A stretch of DNA of 64,000 bases from Octopus bimaculoides (lineage: Eukaryota). The stretch is from the NCBI RefSeq assembly GCF_001194135.2, contig NC_069001.1, positions 18,709,627-18,773,626 of the forward strand. Reading direction: 5' to 3'. Position 1 is the stretch's first letter; each line of letters begins with the position of its first letter. Below are positions 24,524 through 37,634 of the stretch, piece after piece. The notes beneath the pieces were generated by a model. It saw only the letters and a program-made list of their open reading frames with translations, did not search any database and was not told the DNA's origin. Both the position numbers and the translations under genes were made by a program.

Positions 24524-25446
24524 AGTAAATCCACAGTAAATCCATAGTAAATCCATAGTAAATCCACAGTAAATCCACAGTAAATCCACAGTAAATCCAT
24601 AGTAAATCCATAGTAAATCCATAGTAAATCCATAGTAAATCCATAGTAAATCCACAAGCACATAAGTAAACTGAGTCCTCAACCTGTTCCCTTNNNNNNN
24701 NNNNNNNNNNNNNNNNNNNNNNNNNNNNNNNNNNNNNNNNNNNNNNNNNNNNNNNNNNNNNNNNNNNNNNNNNNNNNNNNNNNNNNNNNNNNNNNNNNNN
24801 NNNNNNNNNNNNNNNNNNNNNNNNNNNNNNNNNNNNNNNNNNNNNNNNNNNNNNNNNNNNNNNNNNNNNNNNNNNNNNNNNNNNNNNNNNNNNNNNNNNN
24901 NNNNNNNNNNNNNNNNNNNNNNNNNNNNNNNNNNNNNNNNNNNNNNNNNNNNNNNNNNNNNNNNNNNNNNNNNNNNNNNNNNNNNNNNNNNNNNNNNNNN
25001 NNNNNNNNNNNNNNNNNNNNNNNNNNNNNNNNNNNNNNNNNNNNNNNNNNNNNNNNNNNNNNNNNNNNNNNNNNNNNNNNNNNNNNNNNNNNNNNNNNNN
25101 NNNNNNNNNNNNNNNNNNNNNNNNNNNNNNNNNNNNNNNNNNNNNNNNNNNNNNNNNNNNNNNNNNNNNNNNNNNNNNNNNNNNNNNNNNNNNNNNNNNN
25201 NNNNNNNNNNNNNNNNNNNNNNNNNNNNNNNNNNNNNNNNNNNNNNNNNNNNNNNNNNNNNNNNNNNNNNNNNNNNNCCACAGTAAATCCACAGTAAATC
25301 CATAGTAAATCCATAGTAAATCCACAGTAAATCCACAGTAAATCCATAGTAAATCCATAGTAAATCCACAGTAAATCCACAGTAAATCCATAGTAAATCC
25401 ATAGTAAATCCATAGTAAATCCATAGTAAATCCATAGTAAATCCAC
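24524..25446 (+). repeat. 11-bp tandem repeat (AGTAAATCCAY)n split by an N gap
   Basis: 12 units at 24524-24655; further units at 25278-25446; gap at 24694-25277. Confidence 0.95.
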
Positions 25447-25879
25447 AAGCACATAAGTAAACTGAGTCCTCAACCTGTTCCCTTTGCCGAAACGTTTGCA
25501 AGATATCAGTAGGCCTCAAGAGATACATTCACGTCCATAGAACATGGTTATCACTTTGTTTTACTGAGCCTTCATTTGTCATTTATGACAAGAGAATCCA
25601 TCATATAACATACGTGCATACATGCACACACACATTCATTGAAAGCTGATGATTCATTTTGTTGCTTCTCCCCATTTCTTGCTGCTTGTAATCCTGTAGG
25701 AGACACAAATATGATTTTGTTGCCTGAAGAATCACATGTAGGAGGAACTCTGAGCTGTGACTGTGAATTGTCAATTTTGAATGAAGAAATATTCTCCACT
25801 ATATGTATTGAATACTTTTCTCTTGGTTTTTATACCTAAACATGAATACATAGGTCTGAAAGACTATCTGTCACTATCC

Positions 25880-26080
25880 ATCTATCTGTCTGCCTGCCTG
25901 TCTGTCTGCCTGCCTGTCTGTCTGCCTGCCTGTCTGTCTGCTTGCCTGTCTGTCTGTCTGCCTGCCTGCCTGCCTGCCTGTCTGCCTGCCTGTCTGTCTG
26001 CCTGCCTGTCTGTCTGCCTGCCTGTCTGTCTGCCTGCCTGTCTGTCTGTCTGCCTGCCTGCCTGCCTGCCTGCCTGCTTG

Positions 26081-26131
<51 letters not shown>

Positions 26132-26140
26132 CTCTCTATA
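25880..26140. repeat. (CTGT/CTGC)n and (TCTA)n microsatellite
   Basis: Directly visible. Confidence 0.95.
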
Positions 26141-26241
26141 TATAAGGGCATTACTATACAATAATGCCTCACGATATGAGGTTTTCTTCACGCTAGCTAC
26201 TTGATAAATTCTTGTAAAAGAGTTCATCTTATTATTGAATT

Positions 26242-26282
<41 letters not shown>

Positions 26283-26379
26283 AATAATAAAGGAGTATAT
26301 GCATATATACGTACAAGTATGTGCATACCTACATCTACCTGTATATATAGGTGCATATCTGGGTACAGGACATTGCAAA

Positions 26380-27060
26380 CAACACGTAGACAAAAAAAAA
26401 TAATAATAACCAGAGTACAGAAAACACACAGGCCACATAGAGAACATTTTCCTTCATCAGCTGCCCCCATTCTAACACAGGCGTTTCGAAGAGTTAGGGC
26501 AGGACGCATCGTTAAAACGGCTCTTCCCATGGACCACAAATTAAATTTGTACCATGGAGGAATGTAGTGGCGGACAGAAAACAAGACAGGAAAACAAACG
26601 GAAAAGAAAACAAGACAAGAAAACAAATGGAAAAGGCTATACGGCCAGACATGAAAAATTATGTGTATATTGAACGCTGTGAAGCAACAAACTGGAAGCA
26701 GGACGAAGTAAGTTCGTATGTTTGCTCGGCGATAGCCAAGAAAGAAAAGAATTAGTAACTGGACACACGTGACTAGCGAGGGGTAAGGAAGAGAGAGAGT
26801 GGTAGAGGGAGAAACAAGGGGAGGAAGTTGAAAATAGGTGAGCAACGAGAGAAAGAGAGGAAGGGAGAAATATAGTAGTAACAGAAGGAAGAACGAGAGG
26901 GGGAAAGAGAGATATAGTAGTAACAGAAGGAAGAACGAGAGGGGTAAAGAGAGAGATAAGTAGTAACAGAAGGAAAAATGAGAGGGGGAAAAAAGATATA
27001 GAGATAGAGATAGATAGAGTCGCGTCAGAAAATATAAAGTTCAAAAACTTACTTACAGGG
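26380..27060 (-). mobile_element. CpG-retaining interspersed repeat, possibly PLE terminal-repeat derived
   Basis: GAAGAG...CTCTTC-GAAAC hairpin and a downstream CTGATGA on the minus strand; GA-rich internal tandem units; no ORF. Confidence 0.35.
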
Positions 27061-27366
27061 ATGACGCGGGCGTTATCTCCATGCCAGCATGGAAAACAGA
27101 TGTTAAAAGATGTTAATGATGAGGATATAGATTAATATAGATACAGAGATTGATCGATAGACAGACAGACAGACAAATAGATAGATGTGTGGTGTGAAGA
27201 AAACCTTCATTGACACTAAATCTAATCTACATCATTTCATTAAAAATTTTTAGAACTAAACAAAGTTGAATTACTAAGTTATTCTACTTACCAAACTAAT
27301 TAAAATCTATACTATAATGAATAAAGTTGGAATTATGTAACTTTTACTAAAAGAAAGCAATTATTA

Positions 27367-27526
27367 ATGGGATGACTGTGTGATAAGAATCTTGCTTCCC
27401 AACCACATGGTTTTGGGTTCAGTACCCCTGTATGACACCTTGGGCAAGTGTCTTCTACAAAAGTCATGGCTCAACCAAAACTTTGTGAGTGAATTTGGTA
27501 AACGGAAACTGAAGGAAGCCTGTTGT
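27367..27526 (+). mobile_element. SINE family 2, 5' half; matching 3' half at about 29895-30120
   Basis: The head stops at GAAGCCTGTTGT, where an antisense RTE tail begins; the SINE tail resumes after the LINE. Confidence 0.75.
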
Positions 27527-29620
27527 CATCATCATCATTTAACGTCCATTGTCCATGCTGGCATGGGTTGGACAGTTTGACGAGGGCTGGCAAGCTGGAA
27601 GGCTGCACCAGATGCCAGTCTGATTTGGCATAGTTTCTATGGCTGGATGCCCTTCCTAACACCAACCACTCCAAGAGTGTAAAGGGTGCTTTTACGTGCC
27701 ACTGACACAGGTGCCATTTGCATGACATGGGTATCTGCCACAACTGTGATTTTACTTGGCTTGATGGGTCTTCTTTTCAAGCACAACATAATGCCAGCGG
27801 TCTCAGTCATTGCCTCTGTGAGGCCCAACAGTCGAAAGGAACCCAGCCACTTTGCCTTTATGAGGCCCAACACTCACAAAGAACTCAGCCACTTTGCCTC
27901 CATGAAAGGTGCATTTTACTTGCCAGTTACGTGACACCAGCATCATCCACAACTATGATTTCACTTGGCTTGATGGGTCTTCTCAAGCACAACATATCAC
28001 CAAAGGTCTCAGTCACTAGTCATTGTCTCTATGAAGCCAAAAGTTCGAAGATCATGCTTCACTATCTTGTCCCATGTCTTCTTGGGTCTACCTCTATGAC
28101 AGGTTCCCTCCACAGTTAGAGATCGGCACTTCTTCACACAGCTATCCTCGTCCATATGCATCACATGACCATACCAATGCAGTCATCTCTCTTGCACACC
28201 ACATCTGATTCCTCTTATGCCTATCTCTTCTCTCAAGATGTTTACAATCTGTCAAATATGCACATTACATTGCACATCCAGCAAAGCATACTGGTTTCAT
28301 TTCTTTCAAGCCTACACATGTCCTCGGCTGTCACAGCCCATGTTTCCCTGCCATGTAGCATAGCTATTCACACACAGGCATCATACAATCTGCCTTTCAC
28401 TCTGAGAGAGAGAGACCCTTTGTTGCCAGCAGAGGCAGGAGCTCTCTGAACTTCGCCCAGATTATTCTTATTCTCACAGCTATGTTCTTGTAGCATCCAC
28501 CTCCGCTACTAATTCAGTCACCTAGATAATGGAAGCTATCTACTACCTCTAGCTTACCCAGTTGATGGGGTCTATTTTCTGTACATTTTTAGTGTTTATT
28601 GTATCTGTGCATCTTCCACACACAAAAGCTAATTTCCCTGTTAACTTTCCTCTGATATTGCTGCACCTCTTATGTGTCCATAGCTTATACTGGGTACATC
28701 TTATGGAGTTTCTACCTATGCTTTTTCTATAGATGGAGCAGGGTCATCTACCTGAAGGGATTTGTGATTTGCCTGCCTTCCTACTTACTAAGACTTTGGT
28801 TTTTGCTAGGTTAACTCTAAAGCCTTTTGATTCTAGACCTTGCTTCCATATCTAGAACTTCTTCTCTAGTTCAGGTAGTGATTCAGCTATTAGAATAAGG
28901 TCATCAGCATAGAGCAGCTCCCAGAGGCAGCCTGTTTTAATTCCTCTGTTACTGCCTAGAGGACTATGATAAACAAGAGGAGGCTAAGGACTGATCCTTG
29001 GTGAACCCCTACTTGTACCCTGCATTCTTCACTGTTGCCAACCCTCACCTTACTGGTAGCGTCCCTGTACATGGTTTGTACAGTTCTCACCAACCACTTG
29101 TCTATCCCTAGTTTCCACATTGATAAGGGATTGGGGCACCCTGTCAAAAGCTTTCTCTTTGTCAACAAAAGCCAAGTATAGAGGCTTATCTTTGGCTATG
29201 TATTTCTCCTTTCTACTTAGAGAGAGAGGGAGAAAGATAACATCTTTATATGTTTACCATGCCCATGCCTTAAATATGAACTTGATAATTGTTTCTAACA
29301 CAGATAGCGGATCAGAAATTGAAGAAGAGAGAACAGTTGATATTGACATTAGTACGTGACTGGTACTTTAGTTTAACAATCTCAGAAGGATGACAGGCAA
29401 AACTGACCTCAGCAGAAATATAGCATCAGTGCCACAAAACCAAACTGCATCTCATCTAACTTTCTCCCTAATTAGTTGGGTTATGACCCTCTCCATAATT
29501 TTCATCACTTCATCCAACAATTTGATATGTCTGTAATTATTTCTAAGGCCTCACTTTTACCATGATAGCAGTTGACTATGGTGCTGATACACTAGTTTGA
29601 CTCCTTCATGAACCACCTGA
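27527..29620 (-). mobile_element. RTE LINE fragment (RT to 3' tail) nested in a SINE
   Basis: (CAT)n tail; antisense to the RT and C-terminal motifs seen in the plus-strand copies (GVHQGSVLS); interrupted at 29211-29415. Confidence 0.85.
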
Positions 29621-31685
29621 TTGTATATTATTGTAAAATTCGTAAACATTCTCACCTTGTTTTATAACTTGTGTCTTTCTCATTCTTGTCATGGTTTCCC
29701 TCTGGTGACAAAGTCTTTCAACTCTCTCTCTCTCTCTCTCTCATTGTTATTTCTGTTTCCTGAAGCAAAGTTGATTACTTCTGTCTGTAGATTATATAAA
29801 GGATCCTTTGCACATGGTTTTGAAAACTTTCACATTTCTTGCTCCACTGTTGACGCTATTATACCACATAAAATTACCAGCTAAGCTAAATATATATATA
29901 TACATATGTATGTGTGTGCGTGTGTGTTTGTCCCCTACTATTGTATGACAAGCAGTGTTTGTGTGTTTATGTTGCCATGACTTAGCAGTTCAGCAAAAGA
30001 GGCTGATAGAATAAGTACCTGGCTTTAAAAACAATATGTACTGGAGTAGATTCAATCAACCAAAACTTCTTTAAGGCAGTGCCCCGGCATGGCCACAGAC
30101 TGAAACAAGTAAAAGAGAAGAGATAGAAGAGACTTTTGGAAATTGTTCATAAATTCCAGTTTTAGTATATTTTTATAAAAATGCAATTTTGAAGCTTCTT
30201 TTATTATTGAATATTTCAAGTATGTACTTCAGTTACAAATCTTATTCTATGAAACACTTTAGTTTACTGCTGGGTATCATTTTTGAACGTCTGTTTATAA
30301 AGGTTGCTCAAATATTTCCAGTGCTACTTTCTCTTAATTATAGCTTTAATCTAGCATAAACTAAATTATATCCATTCCAATATCCTTTCATATTTGCATG
30401 GTTGTTGTTGAAGAAATAGAAAGCTAAATAAGAAAATTGGCTTTAATTTATTTATCTTAATTGGACATAACTACACAAGTAGATGCCCCCCCACCCCTGA
30501 TTTTGTTTCCTCATAACTTTCAGGAAAATGTGTATTTTTAAAGAGATTTTCAATATTTGTGTTTCAGATGGTGTAGATTATGATTACACTGGAATTTGTG
30601 GTAGAAAATATTTCCTGATGTGAGAGTGAGAAGAATTTTTGGTTAGTTCACACAATTTGACTCTGTTTCTTCATAACTTTTAGAAAAATGAGTATCTTTT
30701 AATGAAGTTTTCTACAAATACCTTTCAGATAGTGAACAACACCACAACTCAGTTTAATATCGGGTAGTATTTAAAAAAAATCTGTTTATACATCTGGAAA
30801 ATATAAACGTTGCTCAAATATTTGCAACACTATTTTCTTCAAATTATAGCTTTAATCCAGGGTCAACCATATCATGTTGATTTCAGTATCCGTTCATATT
30901 TGTTGGATGTTGTAAAAGAAAAAGAAAGCTGAATAAGAAAATTGGCTTTAATTTATTTATGTCAATACATAAAATTGGGCATACTACACTTAATTTTGCT
31001 ATTTTAGAGCTCATAAATCACTAACACTATCGTTACAGGCATGTGTTGTAGTTTACACTAACTACCAAAAAGATTAATGGGGGGGGGGGGGGATTAAAAA
31101 TTAAAATTTCAAGAAATGTATTTTCAGAAATTAACGGAGATTTGAGTAAGATTAAGATTAAAGATTGAAGAAGAATGTATATAAAAAAAAAATTTAGGAG
31201 CTGTTGCTCCAAATGTCTCTGAAACTTTACCAAAAACTGCAGACAATAATGGTTCTATTAATCAAATAGGAACAAATATAATGTAACAAATATCAACTAT
31301 TTACTTAGAAATATTAATGTGATGAAGAAAAGACAAATAATATTTTGATCATTTCACCATGTAGGGGCTGACAACTGTTGACATGTTTCACTGTTATTAG
31401 TGCTCCTCAGTAGTGATGAAGAGAGGAATTACACAGTATTTCACTGTATTTCAGTAAAAGTCTCTGTCCACTTCAATGGTGAGGATTGAGTTGTTTGGTT
31501 AACTGAACTACTTGCTCAGAGAATTAGTAAGTGGTTGATCCTTCCACAGACATGTATACCTATAACTTAATTATCAAGCAGAATCAACACGACACAGTGT
31601 GTGACAATAGTGGACCCTTAGAATTACTGACATAATCTATCTGATAGGATTTCTTACAATGTTTATTGAACCAGTTTCATTCATA

Positions 31686-31808
31686 AGGTTTGGGTCAACC
31701 CAAGGCATTTGTAAAAGACACTTGTTCAAAGTGTCACGCAATGGGACTGAACCCAGAACTTTGCGGTTGAGAAACAAGCTTCTTTACCACACAGCCACAC
31801 CCGCACCT
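31686..31808 (-). mobile_element. SINE family 2 head fragment
   Basis: GGGACTGAACCC...TTACCACACAGCCAC matches the other family-2 heads. Confidence 0.75.
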
Positions 31809-31809
31809 T

Positions 31810-31965
31810 AATGTTCAGATTTCAAATCCTGCTGACGTCAGCTTTGCCTGTCATCCTTCTGAGATTGTTAAACTAAAGTACCAGTCATGTACTAGGGTCA
31901 ATATCAACTGTTCTCCCCTCTTCAATTTCTGATCTGCTATCTGTGTTAGAAACAATTATTAAGTT
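31810..31965 (+). mobile_element. SINE family 3 fragment
   Basis: TTTGCCTGTCATCCTT...AAGTACCAG...GTACTAGGGTC motif; related copies at about 50755-50950 (+) and 54289-54455 (-). Confidence 0.65.
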
Positions 31966-32123
31966 CATATTTAAGACATGGGTATGGTAAAAATATAAAG
32001 ATGTTATCTTTCTCCTTCTCTCCCTCTCTTTCCCAGTAGAAAGGGAAAATGTATCAGCTGGAAAAGATTGTAAATAAGTGAGGTATGAGAGTGACATGTA
32101 TACTGTGTGTGTGTGTATGTATA

Positions 32124-33210
32124 TACTGGAGTTGGACAAAATAATGGAAACACCTAGCATCATAGCATCATAATTTTGAAATATTTATAAAACCATCAAA
32201 AGCTTGTTCATTTTTATGTTTTTTGATTTATTATTAGTGTTGCTTAATATGTTTTGCAAAAACTGCTGTTTCTTTTCAGATATCATTAGAAAAAGGTAAT
32301 TAAAATTCAATTAAAATGACAGATCTATCAGACTTTCAAAGAGGTCAAATTGTTGGTGCTCATATGGCAGGCGCTAGCATAATGAAAACAGCCGAAATGT
32401 TTTTGTATCAAGAAGTACTGTCTTGAAAGTAATGACACCCTTTGAGAAAGAGGGAAAATCCTCCTTGTTGAAACAAAACTCCGGAAGAAAACCAAAACTT
32501 TCAGATAGGGACAGTCGGAGTCTTATGCAAATTGTTAGAAAGGATCTCAAAAGTACAGCTCCCAAAATTACCGCAAAGCTTAATGATCACCTCGAGAACC
32601 CAGTTTCCACAAAAACTGTTCACTGGCAGCTGCACAAAGCCAGATTTCACAGGAGGGCTGCAATCAGAAAACTACTACTTTCAAAAACAAATGTTGCAAG
32701 GCATTTAGAGTGGAGTAAAAACCTACAGAATTTGTCCCTAGAGCAGTGGAAGAATGTTATTTTCTCGGATAAATTATCCTTTACCTTATTTCCAACCACC
32801 GGCCAAGCATACATGTGGAGACAGCCAAAAGAAGCATTTGATCCAGACTGCCTTCTTCCAACCGTTAAACATGGAGGAGGATCTGTGATGATCTGGGGGG
32901 CTATATCTTGTAAATCTGCTGGCTCATTGGTTTCCCTTCATATCAGAATTAATAGTCAAGACTATTTAAGCATTTTATCTGATGAAATTCATCCTTTGGT
33001 TGCAGAACTGTTTCCAGAGGGAAACACAATCTTTCAGGATGATAATGCACCAATTCACACAGCTAAAGTTGTTACTGAATGACACAAGGAACATTCTAGT
33101 GAAGTTGAACATCTTATGTGGCCACCACAGCCCCCAGATCTCAATATTATTGAACATTTATGGTGCCTTTTTGAAAAAACAAGTAAGGAGTCGATATCCT
33201 CCACCATGTT
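32124..33210 (+). mobile_element. Tc1 element, 3'-truncated
   Basis: TA followed by a TIR-like start; MTDLSDFQRGQIVGA N-terminus; FSDK, FQDDNAPIH and WPPQPPDLNIIEHLW motifs. Confidence 0.9.
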
Positions 33211-33629
33211 AACCCGCAGAAGATTTGATTGAAAATGAGTTGCTAGCGGATTAACCCTCATTTGGGTAATTATTACTTCTGAGGTTCTGCTCACTGGATT
33301 TTACTTACTCCATTCCCTAATTTTGGATTTTTATTCCTATACAGAGCAACCCCAGCTGCTAATTGTGAACTATGAAATAACTTTTTCAGCTTATTGAACT
33401 TTGATATGGGAAAAATTTACAACCTTCTACATCAATAAACCACTATCGTTCCTGAAAGTTGTTTTTTTATACTTTCTATGGACTGCTCAAAGTTTACTAA
33501 CCTTCCTACACCTTGGTCCATGGATCTTACCTTTACACACACACACACACACACACACGCGCGCACACACGCACGCACGCGCACACGCACACTCTCTCTC
33601 GCGCGCTCACGCACACGCACACTCGTTCT

Positions 33630-33660
<31 letters not shown>

Positions 33661-33671
33661 ACAAACACATA

Positions 33672-35290
33672 CAGTATCTCACAGAAGTATGTACACCCCT
33701 AAAAAATTTCAGTAAAATTGCCATTACTCTGATAATATTGAAGGAAATCAAACGAAATTTATACTGAATAAAATATATTATACATGCAAACATTATACAA
33801 ATTTGGAACACAAAACAATAAAAATTTTCAAAGAAATGAGTGAAATATTAATTTTCAAATGTTACAAAAATATGTACGCCCTAAAGGAAATTTGCTATAT
33901 TCAATATTTTATCCACTTTTTTTACTAAATTCAGATATTGCTGAAAATTCTAATAAATTATTTCTCCTGGCATTTTTGCACCAGTCATTGTTATTGCATC
34001 TGCAGGAATTCTGATTTGTGTACCATGGTAAAAATCTTCTTCATTGTGATTAAAAGGGCACCAAATGGAAAAGAATTGTCTGAAGATTTGAAGAAAATTA
34101 TTTTTAATTTGCACAAGAATGGTTTAGGATACAAGTTAATTAGCAAATGAATACATATTAGTGTAAACACAACTACCAAAATAATTCAGAAGTACAAAGC
34201 TACTGGATGGCTAAGCAATAACCATCATCCAGGTTGTCCTTCTATTTTAACTGTGCATGATATTCACCACATCCTACGTTACATGATGGACGACAGGTAT
34301 CGTACCGCTTCATCATTGGTCCAAGAAATGTCTTCTGTTAGTGGAAAGAGTGTATCCACCCAAACGGTTTGCTGAAGTTTGAACCAGTGTGGTCTTCATG
34401 GATGCATTCCTTGTAGGAAGCCTCTTCTCAGTACCAGGCATAAATCAAGTCGTCTTTCTTTTGCCGAAACCTATTTGAGTAAGGGGAAGGGAGTTTTGGA
34501 ATAAAATTCTTTTTTCTGATGAGACTAAAATCAACTTGTTTGGGTCAGATGGTATTAAATGAGTATGGCGGCGACCAGGTGAAGATAATGGCAAGAAATG
34601 CACAGTGCCTACCATGAAACATGGCAGCAGAAGTGTTATGCTTTGGGAATGCATTAGTGCAGCTGGTGTGGGAGGACTTACATTTATTGAGAGAATAATG
34701 AATTCAAGGCTTTATTGTGACATATTGTAGAAAACAATGTTGAAAAGCATCAAGGAACTAGGAAGGCATTCCATTTTCCAACAAGATAATGACCCTAAAC
34801 ACACTTCAAAGATGATGACTAAGTTTTTATCAGATAAAAAAGTAAAGGTATTGCCTTGGCCTACCATGTCACCTGATTTAAACCCAATAGAACATCTGTG
34901 GGGTGTTTTGAAAAGGAAGACTGAGGAGAAAAACCCTACAATGTAACACAGTTGAAAGACATCATTCAAGATAAATGGAGGTCGATTTCATCAGTTATAT
35001 GTGGAAATTTAGTCAACTCTATGCCTAGAAGACTTAATGCAGTCATTGAAAGCAAGGGTAGTCACACCACATATTGAATATAGCAAATAGTCCTTTAGGG
35101 TGTATATATTTGAAAATTAATATTTTGTTCATATCTTTGAAAATATTTATTGTTTTGTGTTCCAAATTTGTATAATGTTTGCATGTATATTATACTCAGT
35201 ATAAATTTCGTTTGATTTCTTTTGATATTATCAGAGTAATGGCAATTTTACAGAAATTTTTTAGGGAGTACATACTTCTGTGAGATACTG
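33672..35290 (+). mobile_element. Tc1 (DD34E) element with long IR/DR-type TIRs
   Basis: TIRs of about 220 bp (CAGTATCTCACAGAAGTA...TACTTCTGTGAGATACTG) with inner direct repeats; FSDETK, QQDNDPKH and SPDLNPIEHLW motifs; in-frame stops. Confidence 0.92.
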
Positions 35291-35296
35291 GATATA

Positions 35297-36318
35297 CAGG
35301 GTGTGGTGAATAAATTGTCATCTAAATTATGCAAAAATGAAAATGACACTGACATCTCATTTTAACAGATATATTTACCAAAATTATATTAAAATATTTT
35401 GAAATACTAAAAGAGTAAATTTATTCAATAAAACCGCCATTGGCTTCAACCATGGCCTTCAGACGACTTTGGAATCTCCTGTAACTTTTCTAGATGGTCT
35501 CCTTGTTTANNNNNNNNNNCATTTTAACAGATATATTTACCAAAATTATATTAAAATATTTTGAAATACTAAAAGAGTAAATTTATTCAATAAAACCGCC
35601 ATTGGCTTCAACCATGGCCTTCAGACGACTTTGGAATCTCCTGTAACTTTTCTAGATGGTCTCCTTGTTTAAGTTGGTGAATTCTGCCATAATCCTTGCT
35701 TTCAGTTCATCTTTGGTGTTACAAGAAGTTTTGTTGGCCTCTTGCTCAACTGCACACCCCTCACATAATAATCAAGGGAGTTGCAGTCTGGGGAGCTAGG
35801 TGGCCAGATGTTGGGTGGGGTGGTCGCAGAGATTGTCTGACAGCCATGACTGGGTTCTCCTGCTTATATGACATGGTACAGAGTCCTGTTGGCAGACATA
35901 GGGTCTTCCAACAGTCACCCTCTTGACCCAGGGCAGCAGCACTGCCTCCAGGCACTTGATGTAGGCCTCCATGTTAAGTCTGAGTCTGTGTGGGAAGATG
36001 AATGGAAGCATAAAATTGCCATCAGTAGTGATCACTCCAAACACCATGATGTTGACTGGATGTTTGATTTTTATCACTGTTGGTACATGTCCCCAGATTG
36101 AGACCCAAACACTCTGAAATGTTCATATTGGAGCTTCCAGCGCAAATGTCAAGCAGTACAGCATGTCGTTTCCAAATTTCTGGTCGAGTGAATTGTGTAA
36201 TGGTGCTGTTTTTTTCACAAACAGTGCTATATTGTGTAGTCGATAAAATCAAAAACAAACAATGTGCATGCGTGAAATTAAGAAAATAAAATGGCGACAA
36301 TTTACCCATCGCACCCTG
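35297..36318 (-). mobile_element. mariner-like (maT/DD37D-type) internally deleted element
   Basis: TA-flanked TIRs CAGGGTG...CACCCTG; HPVNIMVFGVI and QQDSVPCH motifs, plus SPDCNSLDYYVWG in another frame. Confidence 0.85.
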
Positions 36319-36580
36319 TATACGCATGCACACACACACACACACACACACACACGCATGCACGCACACACACACGCACACACACACAAACGCACACATA
36401 TAAACACATACACACATACACATACATACACATATAAACTCATACATACACACACACATTATATATAGAATGTAAACTTAGACATTTGCATATTGTTTGA
36501 TTAATAGAAATCTGTGTATTGTCAGCTCAATAGATTATTGATGCAAGAAGAGTTACATAGTCTTCTTAAGCCCCAAACAC

Positions 36581-36938
36581 TATTCTTTTATTCTTTTACT
36601 TGTTTCAGTCATTTGACTACGGCCATGCTGGAGCACCACCTTTAGTTGAACAAATCGACCCCAGGACTTATTTTTTGTAAGCCTAGTACTTATTCCATCG
36701 GACTCTTTTGCCGTACTGCTAAGTTACGGGGACAAACACAGACACAAATAACAAACACAGATACATATATATATATATGACAGGCTTCTTTCAGTTTCTG
36801 TCTTCCGTCTACCAAATCCACTCACAAAGCTTTGGTCGGCCCAAGGCTATAGTAGAAGACACTCGCCACGCAGTGGGGCTGAACCCAAAACCATGTGATT
36901 GGGAAGCAAGCTTCTTACCACACAGCCACTCCTGTGCC
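36581..36938 (-). mobile_element. SINE family 2
   Basis: Head, microsatellite and tail arranged as in 20296-20682. Confidence 0.85.
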
Positions 36939-37634
36939 TATGTTTATTCTGTACAATGGAAAGTTATCTAAAACATTATCACTAAAAACTTCAGGACCCA
37001 GTGTCAAACAATAAATGATCAGATGGTGAAAAACCAAGATATAATATTTTTTAAGATGGATAAGCTATTTAAAATAGAGTTTGTTTAATAAGTTGACTCT
37101 AAACATACAAATTATGGTACTCAGGTGAGAAATATCAAATAAGAAACCTTGCTGTTCTACATTATTTTTTAAAGATAGAACAATCACTATAATGGTTTAA
37201 TGATTTTACTATTGTAACATGGAACACAATATTGAGGTGCTCAGGTGAAGAATGATTAATATTGTTTCACATTAATTTTGTGTGTTGAAGAAGCAGAGAA
37301 ATTTTTATCAAACTGATCTATCAGAAAAAATAGAAGGTATGCGATGGATTATACAAGAGGTATGTAATGGTTTATATAAGAAGTGTGTAATGGTTTAGAT
37401 AAGACTGTTGTGATAATTTATACAAGGGGTGTGTGATAGTTTATAATTAAGATATACAAACATTTAGTGTCTTTTTTCTTGTGCATGGTTAATAATGTCA
37501 TTAGTGACTGTGAATTAATAAAGATATTTATGCAAATGGTGTTAGATATAAGAAGTTAGATAAGTGGCACTTTAGAGAGAGAAAAAAAAGCAGTTGGTTA
37601 ACTAACTGAGTTTTGACTATAACATATATATATG

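Noticed and set aside
24524-25446. CRISPR-like or telomeric array
   Set aside because: No unique spacers, eukaryotic context, and the unit is not a TTAGGG-type repeat.
24656-25484. Duplicated 38-bp flank after each 11-mer block
   Set aside because: The copies straddle an N gap; probably an assembly duplication around the tandem array.
24442-25528. Long DLLWIYYGFTM-repeat ORFs
   Set aside because: Translations of an 11-bp tandem repeat plus N gap, not a repeat protein.
26455-26530. Hammerhead-like parts (GAAGAG/CTCTTC-GAAAC and CTGATGA) on the minus strand
   Set aside because: No CUGANGA before the stem, the triplet would be GUG, and no GAAA follows the downstream CUGAUGA; not a valid core.
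26126-26845. 239-aa hydrophobic ORF
   Set aside because: Runs through (TA)n and low-complexity repeat sequence; no recognisable domain.
31375-31415. CTGAGGA...GAAAC-AT-GTC on the minus strand
   Set aside because: Core motifs are present but stem I does not pair and stem II is only 3 bp; not counted.
35358-35670. About 150-bp direct duplication within the mariner element
   Set aside because: Near-identical copies flank a 10-N gap (35510-35519); most likely unmerged contig overlap.
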